From an uncultured bacterium (GTDB lineage: Bacteria > Zixibacteria > MSB-5A5 > UBA10806): 64,000 nucleotides of DNA. Both the position numbers and the translations under genes were made by a program. The notes under the pieces were generated by a model. It made no database searches, was not told where the DNA came from, and saw nothing but the letters and a program-made list of their open reading frames with translations. Position 1 is the first letter of the stretch, and each line of letters begins with the position of its first letter. The stretch covers positions 64,001 through 128,000 of the forward strand of contig CBEUCH010000008.1 in NCBI GenBank assembly GCA_965541585.1. The letters are read 5' to 3'. Shown here one piece after another: positions 16,640 to 24,876 of this stretch.

Positions 16640-19183
16640 ATGAAGATCGAAAGGCTCCAGCGGTTCGGAATCCCGGAGCAGGTTATAAAACGGTGGTCTG
16701 CAGACGGCATACGATTCCTGCTGCCATTGCAGGCGGAATCGGTTAATCGCTATGCTCTTCTTGACGGCGAAAGCCTGATAATCAGCGGGCCGGGAACATC
16801 CGGTAAGACATTTTGCGGGGAGATGGCCACGCTGCACCAGGCGGCATCGAGAAAGAAAGCTATATTTCTAGTGCCGTTGAAGGCCATCGCGGAGGAAAAA
16901 TACCGGCTGTTTACGAAAAGATATTCGCCGCTGGGGCTTAAGATAAGGCTGGCCACAAGAGACCATGCGGAATACGGTCACGAAATCTCCAGGGCCGATT
17001 ATGATATCCTGATAACCATCTATGAGAAACTCAATTCATTGACTGCTACAGACGTCTCGATTATCAAAAACACCGGCTGTTTTATTCTCGATGAGTTTCA
17101 GCTGATATCCGATCCCGGCAGAGGGCCGGAGATCGAGATCGTGATTGCCAAGATAAGAGCTTTCAATCCCGACGCCCAGCTTGTCATACTGATGGGCGGA
17201 GGGTCGTCGCCTGAGAATATCTCCCGTTGGCTGGGATTGCCGGCGCTGGAAGAAACACGCCGTCCGGTGGATCTTCGGCTGGGAGTTTTACACAGAGGCA
17301 CCTTTCATTTTCGCGGTTTTAACGATCTGACCGAGGGCGATGAGCGCTGGCTGGAGGAGAGGCAGATCGATTACGACGGTCCCCTCGATGACCAGGGTGC
17401 GGCGGCCATCGAGATTCTCGCCGGGCGAGAAGAGCAGATAATCATTTTCACATCGACAAGGAAGAAGGCGACCGGGTTGGCATCGTATCTTGCCGAACGG
17501 TTGGATCTTCCGGCAGCCCGGGAATCCTTAAAGGGGATATCGGAACTGGCGCCATCCGTGCAGAATGAGCGTCTGGCGGAATGCCTGCGGAACGGTGTTG
17601 CGTTTCATCATGCCGAACTCAATAGCGAGCAAAGGCAGTTGGTCGAGGACGGGTTTCGCCGGGGGGAGATCAGGATTCTGTCGTCGACAACAACATTGGC
17701 CTCGGGCGTGAATCTTCCGGCAAAAAATGTGTTTGTAGAGACCATGAAATACGACGGTATCCGATCATCGAACTGCAGGGAAGCGCTGGTTCCGATTTCG
17801 GGAGTCGATTTTCAGCAGGCGGCGGGGCGCGCCGGACGGTTGGGAGTGGGGGATAAGTTCGGCCGGGCGGTGATGATTGCGGCTACTCCATATGAACATG
17901 AAGTTCTCTGGAATCAATATGTCTATGCCCAAAATGAGGATACGAAGTCCGGCCTGGCGAGAAGGCAGATGCCCGATCTGGCAATGCGCCTTATAGCCTC
18001 CGGTATAGCCTTTTCCTCAGATGAGGTAGTCTGCTCCATGGGAAATCTATTCGGGGTCTTCTGTTTGAACGAGAATAGCGGCATCTCAAATTCTGTGGGA
18101 TCCGCGATGGCTTATCTCGAAAAAGGGGGGCTTATTCAATTCGAGAAGGCGGGCAGTATCGTGCCAACCTCGCTGGGAATCATCGCTTGCTCGACAGGAT
18201 TCTCAGTGGGATCGATTATCAGGATCAATGAGACGCTCGATAGATGTATAATAAAAGAACCGTTAGAGTGGCTCTATTTCGCTTTCGGCCTGAGCGAATG
18301 GTCGAAGACAGGTGGATTTTATAATCCGAGAGGCGCATCAGATACTGTTTTGCTTCATCAGATCGATGAGTTAACCGAGGAGTTGTCTGTTCGGTCAGAG
18401 TATATTGCATCGCAGGTGAAATCTTATAAAGAGCGGTCGGTTGTGCGATCGTTATCATCGTTTCTGTTCGCGCTGGAGTGGGTCGCCGGCAGGCCGACTC
18501 GTGAAATGGAGATCGCCTTTAACAAGGGCAGCGGAGGACTCAAACGCGACGCACGGACATTATCCTGGATTCTGACAGCAATCGAAAAGGTCATTCGCAG
18601 TGAGGAATCGGCGTCCGAATCATATAATATGGTCGCCGGTGAACTGAATCAACTTGCTGCCAGAATGAGACATGGTGTCATCGCAGCGATGTTGCCTCTG
18701 GCGAGGATTCTCGATATCGACAGAGAATTTGTTCAGCGGCTTTATAACATGGGGATCAGGTCGGTGGATGATTTTCACGATATCGATTATTCGGTTCTAA
18801 AGGAGATGTTACCGCTAACCGTTGTTGAGAAAATCCAGAATCGTCTCAAGAACTATAATCAGCGAATATCATCGCCGGATAAGCTGACTCCCTCTCAGAA
18901 AAGGAGTGAAGTTTTATTCACCGGCAAAAACAGAAAGCTCTTGAGGGAAATAAATATCTGCGGCAAATCAATATTCTTACAGGCGAAATTATATTCTTAT
19001 ATGCAAAAACTCTGGTGGGGGAATCTGTCGGAAAATCCCTGGATACACAAAGAGAGCCTCGAACCGGGGATCAACCAGGCGAAATATGTAAGCAAGCTTA
19101 GAAGAATATTGAAAGAAAGCGGTATAAAGATAGAGATAGTTTCCAACGGCCGCGGATATTATCGCTTGGTTCTACATAGCTGA
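16640..19183 (+). CDS. Ski2/Hel308-like SF2 helicase with C-terminal OmpR-like winged-helix domain
   Basis: GPGTSGKT, VPLKAIAEEK, TIYEK, DEFQ, RPVDL, GVAFHHA, TTTLASGVNLPA, QAAGRAGR; C-terminal YVSKLRRIL...IVSNGRGYYRL. Confidence 0.85.
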   Translation: MKIERLQRFGIPEQVIKRWSADGIRFLLPLQAESVNRYALLDGESLIISGPGTSGKTFCGEMATLHQAASRKKAIFLVPLKAIAEEKYRLFTKRYSPLGLKIRLATRDHAEYGHEISRADYDILITIYEKLNSLTATDVSIIKNTGCFILDEFQLISDPGRGPEIEIVIAKIRAFNPDAQLVILMGGGSSPENISRWLGLPALEETRRPVDLRLGVLHRGTFHFRGFNDLTEGDERWLEERQIDYDGPLDDQGAAAIEILAGREEQIIIFTSTRKKATGLASYLAERLDLPAARESLKGISELAPSVQNERLAECLRNGVAFHHAELNSEQRQLVEDGFRRGEIRILSSTTTLASGVNLPAKNVFVETMKYDGIRSSNCREALVPISGVDFQQAAGRAGRLGVGDKFGRAVMIAATPYEHEVLWNQYVYAQNEDTKSGLARRQMPDLAMRLIASGIAFSSDEVVCSMGNLFGVFCLNENSGISNSVGSAMAYLEKGGLIQFEKAGSIVPTSLGIIACSTGFSVGSIIRINETLDRCIIKEPLEWLYFAFGLSEWSKTGGFYNPRGASDTVLLHQIDELTEELSVRSEYIASQVKSYKERSVVRSLSSFLFALEWVAGRPTREMEIAFNKGSGGLKRDARTLSWILTAIEKVIRSEESASESYNMVAGELNQLAARMRHGVIAAMLPLARILDIDREFVQRLYNMGIRSVDDFHDIDYSVLKEMLPLTVVEKIQNRLKNYNQRISSPDKLTPSQKRSEVLFTGKNRKLLREINICGKSIFLQAKLYSYMQKLWWGNLSENPWIHKESLEPGINQAKYVSKLRRILKESGIKIEIVSNGRGYYRLVLHS

Positions 19184-19290
19184 GTCTATAGTCCCATTGC
19201 AATTCGCCGGTTTCCATGTCGGGAGCACAGATTTTCTATCCTTCAGGATGGAAGCTGCAGCGATATCCTGAGTGTATAACCTGTCCAACC

Positions 19291-19304
19291 TGCATTTGTT
19301 TTGC
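19291..19304 (+). promoter_or_regulatory. Conserved upstream motif TGCATTTGTTTTGC (copy 1, portal operon)
   Basis: 13/14 identical to 22938-22951; both copies are followed by CCAAT and ATAATTGAAA. Confidence 0.5.
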
Positions 19305-19362
19305 TAAAGTCTTTTCCAATGGATAATTGAAATCAGCGAAAGCACCGCGCAAAGGAGCTCCG

Positions 19363-20649
19363 ATGTTCGGATTGCCGTTTCTAAAAAAAAGGGAAAATAG
19401 AAAGAAAAGCCCTCGCGCCGACCTGGCCCAGCGAGCGAAGATCATCAAGCCTCGCCGTCCCCGGCATAAGGCGGGAGCATCATTGAAGGATGACTATGCC
19501 CGGATCAGCTTCCCGGCCGATTACGGCTATTATGAGAGAATCACACTGTATCGATTCCTGCGGGAGCAGATTCCGGTGGTCAATGGCGCCATTTGGATCT
19601 GGGTACGCCTCTGCTCCAGCCCCATGGAATTTCACCCGTCCGCCAGCGACCGGGAGGCGGATATTACAAGACTGAATTCGGCCGTAGATGATCTCAACCT
19701 GCGCCTGGCGCCGAATCCCTATTATAAATCGGGCGGGCTGGAACGGCTCTCCGATCTTTTCTTCAGTTCATTATTTGTCGATGGGGCCTTTGCAGGCAAT
19801 ATCGAGGTCGGCAGCGACGGCCGGCTGATCGGCTTTTTGCCGGTCGACGTGCGAAAATTGACGTTCGAATACGACGATGGCTGGAAGATTTATCATGAAT
19901 CAGATGAGGGCAAGAGGCTCTTGGATCCGGCCAACTTCATCTATATACCGCTGGACGATGACTCCATCGATCCGCGCGGAAAAAGCATCCTCCAGTCCAT
20001 AGGCTTCGTCAGCCGTCTGGAACAGAAGCTTCTGGATGATATGCAGAAATCACAGGAGAAGGCGGGATATAACAGGCTTCACGTCCTGATCAACAAACCG
20101 GAACGCCGGATGGGCGAATCGGAGAACGATTTTCACGATCGCGCCAACAGCTATTTCGATGATACGGTTGGCCTTTTCTCCGGCATAAAGCCCTCGGATT
20201 CGGTAGTGACCTGGGATGATATCGAAATCAAGACTGTGGCGCCGTCTGGAGGGGCAACAGCGGCAACCCACTCGTGGTACCTGGCGCACCGGGCCGTTGT
20301 GGAGGATGTTTGCGCCGGCGTTCATCTCGATCCCTTTATGTTGGGATATTCATACGGCAGCACCAGGAGCTGGGCGCAATTCAAATTCGAACTGGTTTTA
20401 AGGCAGGTGATTTCCGTCCAGAAGCTGGCGGTTCGATTCTTCGAGTGGCTCGTTAATACGCATCTCACCCTGTCAGGAGTAAACCTGAAAGCCTCCGTCA
20501 ATTTCAATAACGACAGGATAGACGGCGCTCTCGAGAGATACCAATCGGAACATGAGGAGGCTCGCCGCGTGCTGGAATTATACGAGGCCGGATTGTTTTC
20601 CAAGGAGGAGGCCCGCTCCCGCGTTTTCCGAATCGAGGGGGATAATTGA
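19363..20649 (+). CDS. Phage portal-like protein
   Basis: Size and position next to the terminase; portal-like segments (IPVVNGAI, LPVDVRKL, DPRGKSILQS, VCAGVHLDPFMLG); AAGGAG SD before ATG 19363. Confidence 0.75.
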   Translation: MFGLPFLKKRENRKKSPRADLAQRAKIIKPRRPRHKAGASLKDDYARISFPADYGYYERITLYRFLREQIPVVNGAIWIWVRLCSSPMEFHPSASDREADITRLNSAVDDLNLRLAPNPYYKSGGLERLSDLFFSSLFVDGAFAGNIEVGSDGRLIGFLPVDVRKLTFEYDDGWKIYHESDEGKRLLDPANFIYIPLDDDSIDPRGKSILQSIGFVSRLEQKLLDDMQKSQEKAGYNRLHVLINKPERRMGESENDFHDRANSYFDDTVGLFSGIKPSDSVVTWDDIEIKTVAPSGGATAATHSWYLAHRAVVEDVCAGVHLDPFMLGYSYGSTRSWAQFKFELVLRQVISVQKLAVRFFEWLVNTHLTLSGVNLKASVNFNNDRIDGALERYQSEHEEARRVLELYEAGLFSKEEARSRVFRIEGDN

Positions 20650-20650
20650 T

Positions 20651-21136
20651 ATGGCCGGTGCCGACTGCACAATCTGCGAATCGCCGTTGCGAACAGAGAT
20701 CGAGAGCAAAGATACCGCCTGGAAGGCCGACAGGACCATTCAGTGGGCAAGAAAGCATGGCGTGCGAATAAGCAGGTTTTCACTGGCCAGGCATCGCACT
20801 AACCATTTAAATTCGACGAGAATTAGCGCAAAGAAAAAACCTCCGGATAAAATCGTCGAACCTCAGGCCAAAACGAAGCAAATAAAAAGTGATGCCTCCA
20901 TTAGCCCGAATCCCGTATCGGATCTGGAATTTCTCAATGCGGTACGCGACAGGGTTTATGAAAAATTAAAAGAAGGCGAATTCGACCTGAAGATCGAATC
21001 GGCGTTCAAGGCTATCGAGATTAAGAATAAGATATCCGACGAGTCTCAAAACGAAAAACTTCTATTAGAAATTCTGGCGGAGATCCGGACCGAGGAACTC
21101 GGCCGCCTCAAGCAGAGCCGGAGAGCTGCAATCTGA
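20651..21136 (+). CDS. Putative terminase small subunit (CxxC-HTH-HxxxH protein)
   Basis: CTICESP...ISRFSLARHRTNH zinc/HTH N-terminus and helical C-terminus, directly upstream of TerL. Confidence 0.55.
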   Translation: MAGADCTICESPLRTEIESKDTAWKADRTIQWARKHGVRISRFSLARHRTNHLNSTRISAKKKPPDKIVEPQAKTKQIKSDASISPNPVSDLEFLNAVRDRVYEKLKEGEFDLKIESAFKAIEIKNKISDESQNEKLLLEILAEIRTEELGRLKQSRRAAI

Positions 21137-21197
21137 TTCTATTTCGCAGTTCGGGTATCGATCATATCGATTTAATATCTTTTTTGTAACAGAGCCT

Positions 21198-22538
21198 ATG
21201 GTAAAAAGAGATCCGCTCGAATCCGGGCGAAGCTGGCGAAAAGCGGTAACGGACCCGGTCTATTTTGCCCGCGCTTTTCTGGATTTGAATCCTCATCCGG
21301 GACAGGCCAGGTGGCTTGAGAATTCGACGGGCTCGGAAAACGCGCTGGTAACGGGCAACCGCTGGGGTAAATCGCAAATACAGGCCGTTAAGCTTTTGCA
21401 TCGTGCCGTCTTTCAAATCAGGCCGATCGATCGCGATATCGACCGTTACTACCGTTGCGCTAACGTCTCCATCACCCAGGATCAGGCAAGCATAGTCTTT
21501 GCGAAGATGCTGGATCTGATAAACAGATCCGAGCCGCTGACTGCTCTTGTGAAAAATATCAGGCAGACTCCTTTCCCTCACATAGTCTTCAAAAACGGCT
21601 CGGAGATCTGGGCACGATCGACGCAGAACAGGGGGGAGTATATCCTGGGGCATGATTTCGACTATATCAATTTCGACGAAGCGGCCTATGAGCCGTTCGG
21701 GGATTGGGTAGTGGACGGCGTGATCAAGCTACGGTTGGCCGACAGGGATGGGACATTAGATCTTTCCTCGACGCCAAACGGTTTGAACTGGTTTTACAAG
21801 CGATGTGAACTCATCAAAAAGCAAATGCGCGGATTTGTGATGCGCGGCTCGACATTTGAAAATCCTCACCTGGCGAAGAATTATCTGGAGGATCTAAAAC
21901 GAGGTTTAACCGAGTCGAGGGTAGCACAGCATCTTCATGGCCGTTTCACCTCGTTCGAGGGGCGCCTTTTCCCGGACGATGTTATCAATCGCTGTTTAAT
22001 ATGCGATGCTCCCTCGTTGCGGGCGCCGAATCCGAAAGGTTTCTATATCCATGGATGGGATCTGGCCCGCAAGGTGACGTACACAGTGGGCATAACAATC
22101 GACGCCGGCTCACGTCCATTCAGGGTGATCGAAATAGCGCGGATGCAGAGGAAATGGCCGGTAACGATTAGTTCTATTAAGGAAAGGCATCGGAAATATG
22201 GCGGCGTAACGATTATCGATTCCACCGGTCTCGGGGATGTCGTCCTGGCGGAGTTGAACGATATCGGTGCGGTCGGCTTCAATTTCGGCGGCGGAAATCG
22301 TGATTTACTGCTGGCCAATCTCGAGCGGGCCATTTACGCCGGAGATGTCGTCTGGCCCCATATCGACCTGCCGGATGACGGAGGCTCGACCTGGAGTCTG
22401 ACAGATGAAATCAGAGCTATGGATAAATTATATAAGAACGTCGGTGATGGCGTTTGCGCGCTCGCGCTGGCGTTGTGGCAGGTCAGAGAACGTTCGGCCG
22501 AATCCCCGTTTTTGAAATCATCGGTTGGCAGGTTTTGA
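21198..22538 (+). CDS. Terminase large subunit
   Basis: Walker A TGNRWGKS, Walker B YINFDEAA, coupling motif SSTPNG, RNase H-like nuclease acidic motifs GWD, IIDSTG, GDGVCALALA. Confidence 0.92.
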   Translation: MVKRDPLESGRSWRKAVTDPVYFARAFLDLNPHPGQARWLENSTGSENALVTGNRWGKSQIQAVKLLHRAVFQIRPIDRDIDRYYRCANVSITQDQASIVFAKMLDLINRSEPLTALVKNIRQTPFPHIVFKNGSEIWARSTQNRGEYILGHDFDYINFDEAAYEPFGDWVVDGVIKLRLADRDGTLDLSSTPNGLNWFYKRCELIKKQMRGFVMRGSTFENPHLAKNYLEDLKRGLTESRVAQHLHGRFTSFEGRLFPDDVINRCLICDAPSLRAPNPKGFYIHGWDLARKVTYTVGITIDAGSRPFRVIEIARMQRKWPVTISSIKERHRKYGGVTIIDSTGLGDVVLAELNDIGAVGFNFGGGNRDLLLANLERAIYAGDVVWPHIDLPDDGGSTWSLTDEIRAMDKLYKNVGDGVCALALALWQVRERSAESPFLKSSVGRF

Positions 22539-22584
22539 CCGGGGGATTTCTTTTTCCAGATACTATAAACATCTTTTCCTAAAT

Positions 22585-22712
22585 AAGAGGAAGGCCGGCC
22601 TCAAGGAGGGAGGGAAAGACCGGCCTCTTTCGGCTAGCCCTTGCGGGCTTGCCATCGGACTGGCGCGACATTCGGCCATACGGTCGTCCGTATGGACGCC
22701 GTCAGGAGGAAG
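22585..22712 (-). ncRNA. Candidate structured small RNA (three hairpins, GNRA loop, CU-rich loop)
   Basis: Minus strand: CCATACGG-ACGA-CCGTATGG; GGCAAGCCC-GCAA-GGGCTAGCC; AGGCCGGTCT-(TTCCCTCCCTCCTTG)-AGGCCGGCCT. A G-U pair and the GCAA loop work only on the minus strand. Confidence 0.5.
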
Positions 22713-22736
22713 AAATTACGCTCAATTTATTTAAAA

Positions 22737-22750
22737 AGAACGCCTGTGCA
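22737..22750 (-). promoter_or_regulatory. Third LexA-type box candidate (minus strand TGCAC-AGGC-GTTCT)
   Basis: Arms match the 16310-16323 box at 9/10 positions; lies in the TerL-protease intergenic region just upstream of the RNA candidate. Confidence 0.4.
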
Positions 22751-22937
22751 TGTTATACGAGTGCAATAAATATGCCGCCGGGACCGAGTATAAACTGCCT
22801 CTGCAAAAACCGGAAAGCCAGTATCTTATAAGGCTTGTTCAACGTCTGAGCACCCCGCCCGATGTGAAATGCTCTGCAGTGTTTCCTATTTTCGGTAGCT
22901 CTCTGCATAGGGACAGGTTGCTGAAATTCGTTCAAAA

Positions 22938-22951
22938 TGCATTTGATTTGC
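22938..22951 (+). promoter_or_regulatory. Conserved upstream motif TGCATTTGATTTGC (copy 2, head operon)
   Basis: 13/14 identical to 19291-19304; followed by CCAATAATTGAAA and the GAGGAGG SD. Confidence 0.5.
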
Positions 22952-22982
22952 GATAGCTCCAATAATTGAAAGAGGAGGAGAT

Positions 22983-23789
22983 TTGGAAGGACTAAGAGAA
23001 ATACTGATAGGAAACCTCTCGGTAAGCCATCCCGACGAACGAATTGACTTTCTGGTGGGTCAAATCAATAAGAATATCAATCCCCCTCGAAAAGCGATGC
23101 TGGATAATGTCAATATCAGGGTCATGTATCTGTTAAATGATCTGGTTAATTCGCATGGCGGACGATTCGGGCAGGCCGATCTGGCAAGCCTTGGCAAATT
23201 AATTGTCGACACCCCGGTTTTGATCGGCCACGACAGGTCATCGGCGCCACTGGCCAGAAATTTCCATACAGAACTGGAGCGCAAGGAAGAAACGCTCTGG
23301 CTAAAAAGCTATTTCTATTGGCCAAAATCAAATGACGGTGAGTCCGATCAATTGCTGGAAAAGATCGACTCCGGAATTCTCAAGGAATGCTCCATATCAT
23401 TTGTTTATACCACGCCGGAGTGTTCTGACTGTGGTCAGGACATCAGGAGTTGCCCTCATGAAGCGAACGGCAAAAACGGTACGCACTTTATCTATAAAGG
23501 CATAACCCAGGTGCTGGAAACCTCGCTGGTCTCAAAAGGATCTGTAAAAGGGACTTACGTAACGGATAAATTGTCAGCTCACTCAGTCAGGAGTGTAACC
23601 ATCGGCGGAGACGGCTATATAATGGAACTGCCGGTTGCGGATAGCATGATTCATCAACAGGGAGCGGCAGTGTTATCCATAGAATCGCATGGGTGCCCGA
23701 CGCCCGAAATTATCGCTCATTCACCCGATATTATTGCTGCGCTGGCAATAAAAAATGATCGAGTCCATCTTCTGGTCAAATCAGCCTGA
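22983..23789 (+). CDS. Prohead (capsid maturation) protease-like protein
   Basis: PVLIGHD (His), GILKECSISF (Ser), CSDCG..IRSCPH insert and ETSLV match HK97/assemblin-type proteases; strong SD before the TTG. Confidence 0.75.
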   Translation: MEGLREILIGNLSVSHPDERIDFLVGQINKNINPPRKAMLDNVNIRVMYLLNDLVNSHGGRFGQADLASLGKLIVDTPVLIGHDRSSAPLARNFHTELERKEETLWLKSYFYWPKSNDGESDQLLEKIDSGILKECSISFVYTTPECSDCGQDIRSCPHEANGKNGTHFIYKGITQVLETSLVSKGSVKGTYVTDKLSAHSVRSVTIGGDGYIMELPVADSMIHQQGAAVLSIESHGCPTPEIIAHSPDIIAALAIKNDRVHLLVKSA

Positions 23790-24101
23790 ATGGAAATGAT
23801 TAGAATGAATCCCAGGGAATCGCTAATAAGATTCTTAATCACATTTGCAGTGACTATCGCTGCCGCCATATCAGGATATTTTGCGGCTTACACCGGATTG
23901 AGGGTGGAACTGGCCGGAAAGGCAGAAGAGCGTTATGTCTCGGCAATGGATATCAGGCTCTCCCGGCTGGAAGCGGTTATAAATGAAAGGTTCGCCACTA
24001 AAGAGGACCTGTCTGAATTTAAAGGAGAGGTTATCAGCAAGCTTATCGCCATTGAAGCCTTTTTATCAAATCAAAATTGGCCCCCCGAAACAAATATGTA
24101 A
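23790..24101 (+). CDS. Small single-TM plus coiled-coil protein (holin/XhlA-like possible)
   Basis: Hydrophobic N-terminal helix (FLITFAVTIAAAISGYFAAY) followed by a FATKEDL coiled-coil segment. Confidence 0.55.
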   Translation: MEMIRMNPRESLIRFLITFAVTIAAAISGYFAAYTGLRVELAGKAEERYVSAMDIRLSRLEAVINERFATKEDLSEFKGEVISKLIAIEAFLSNQNWPPETNM

Positions 24102-24134
24102 TTGCAGGAAATCCAGCATCTGCGAGGAGGAACG

Positions 24135-24380
24135 TTGGAAATAGATAAGACCATTGAGAAGATCAAGAATATAAAATCTGCTCTCGACACCGCCTTCGAC
24201 GAAGGAAGGATTGACCTGGATCGGATTTCAGCCGGCCTTGAATCCGCGGTTGCCGATCTGAAAGCCATTAGCGGCCGGCAAAAGGGGAAAGATCACAGGT
24301 CCGGGATTCAACGAGAGATCAGTCCCCTGGTCAACTGCCCCGAACGCAGACCGTCTCTTCTGGTCGAGGATTACCGCTGA
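24135..24380 (+). CDS. Short helical protein (possible scaffold)
   Basis: GAGGAGG SD before TTG 24135; heptad-like helices; lies between protease and decoration/capsid genes. Confidence 0.5.
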   Translation: MEIDKTIEKIKNIKSALDTAFDEGRIDLDRISAGLESAVADLKAISGRQKGKDHRSGIQREISPLVNCPERRPSLLVEDYR

Positions 24381-24434
24381 ATATGAACCTGAAATAAAAA
24401 ATGATTTGAAGATAAAAATCAAAAAGGAGAATCG

Positions 24435-24857
24435 ATGAGTGTAAGAGAACAAAACTTGCAGACCGTTGGCTTTATGACGGCCACGTTCAAAATCCATCAG
24501 ACCGCCAGCGAGGATGATTTAAAAGACGCGGATATCGGCAAGGCGGTCGCCATGACGGGCAATTACGAGGTCGGTCCTGGTTCCGATGGCGATGTGTTGA
24601 TCGGTAAACTGATACATCTATCGTTGACCGATGCAGACGTCGGGAAGAGGGTGGCTACCGTCCAGATCGGCGGAATCTGCACGCTGGCCGCGGCCGCCAC
24701 GGTGCCGTCCGTAGGAGATCGTGTAGTGGTTGACGGTAGCGGCGCAGTGAGACAGGCCCCGGCGCTGGCAACCGATGACCCGGCCGGGGGGAACGTGGCG
24801 CGCGGAACTGTCATCGATGTCAACGGCACCTCGGAAGTAACATTAATTCTTGGATAA
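24435..24857 (+). CDS. Capsid decoration/cement-like protein
   Basis: Gly/Ala/Val-rich beta protein (GKAV, VATVQIGG, VGDRVVVDGSG) immediately before the capsid gene; AAGGAG SD. Confidence 0.65.
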   Translation: MSVREQNLQTVGFMTATFKIHQTASEDDLKDADIGKAVAMTGNYEVGPGSDGDVLIGKLIHLSLTDADVGKRVATVQIGGICTLAAAATVPSVGDRVVVDGSGAVRQAPALATDDPAGGNVARGTVIDVNGTSEVTLILG

Positions 24858-24876
24858 GAATCAACAGGGAGAAAAG

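Noticed and set aside
9222..19183. The two helicases as an anti-phage defence system (DISARM/Druantia/Hachiman-like)
   Set aside because: They are separated by unrelated genes and lack the partner methylase, nuclease or HamA genes. The first is a typical fused MrfA/YprA repair helicase.
22628..22706. Hammerhead ribozyme
   Set aside because: CUGACGG/CCGAUGG...CCGAA only loosely resembles CUGAUGA...GAAA, and I could not build stems I and III.
22525..22962. Short ORFs (60-69 aa) in the TerL-protease gap
   Set aside because: No well-placed SD or recognisable motifs; they overlap the hairpins and promoter motifs.
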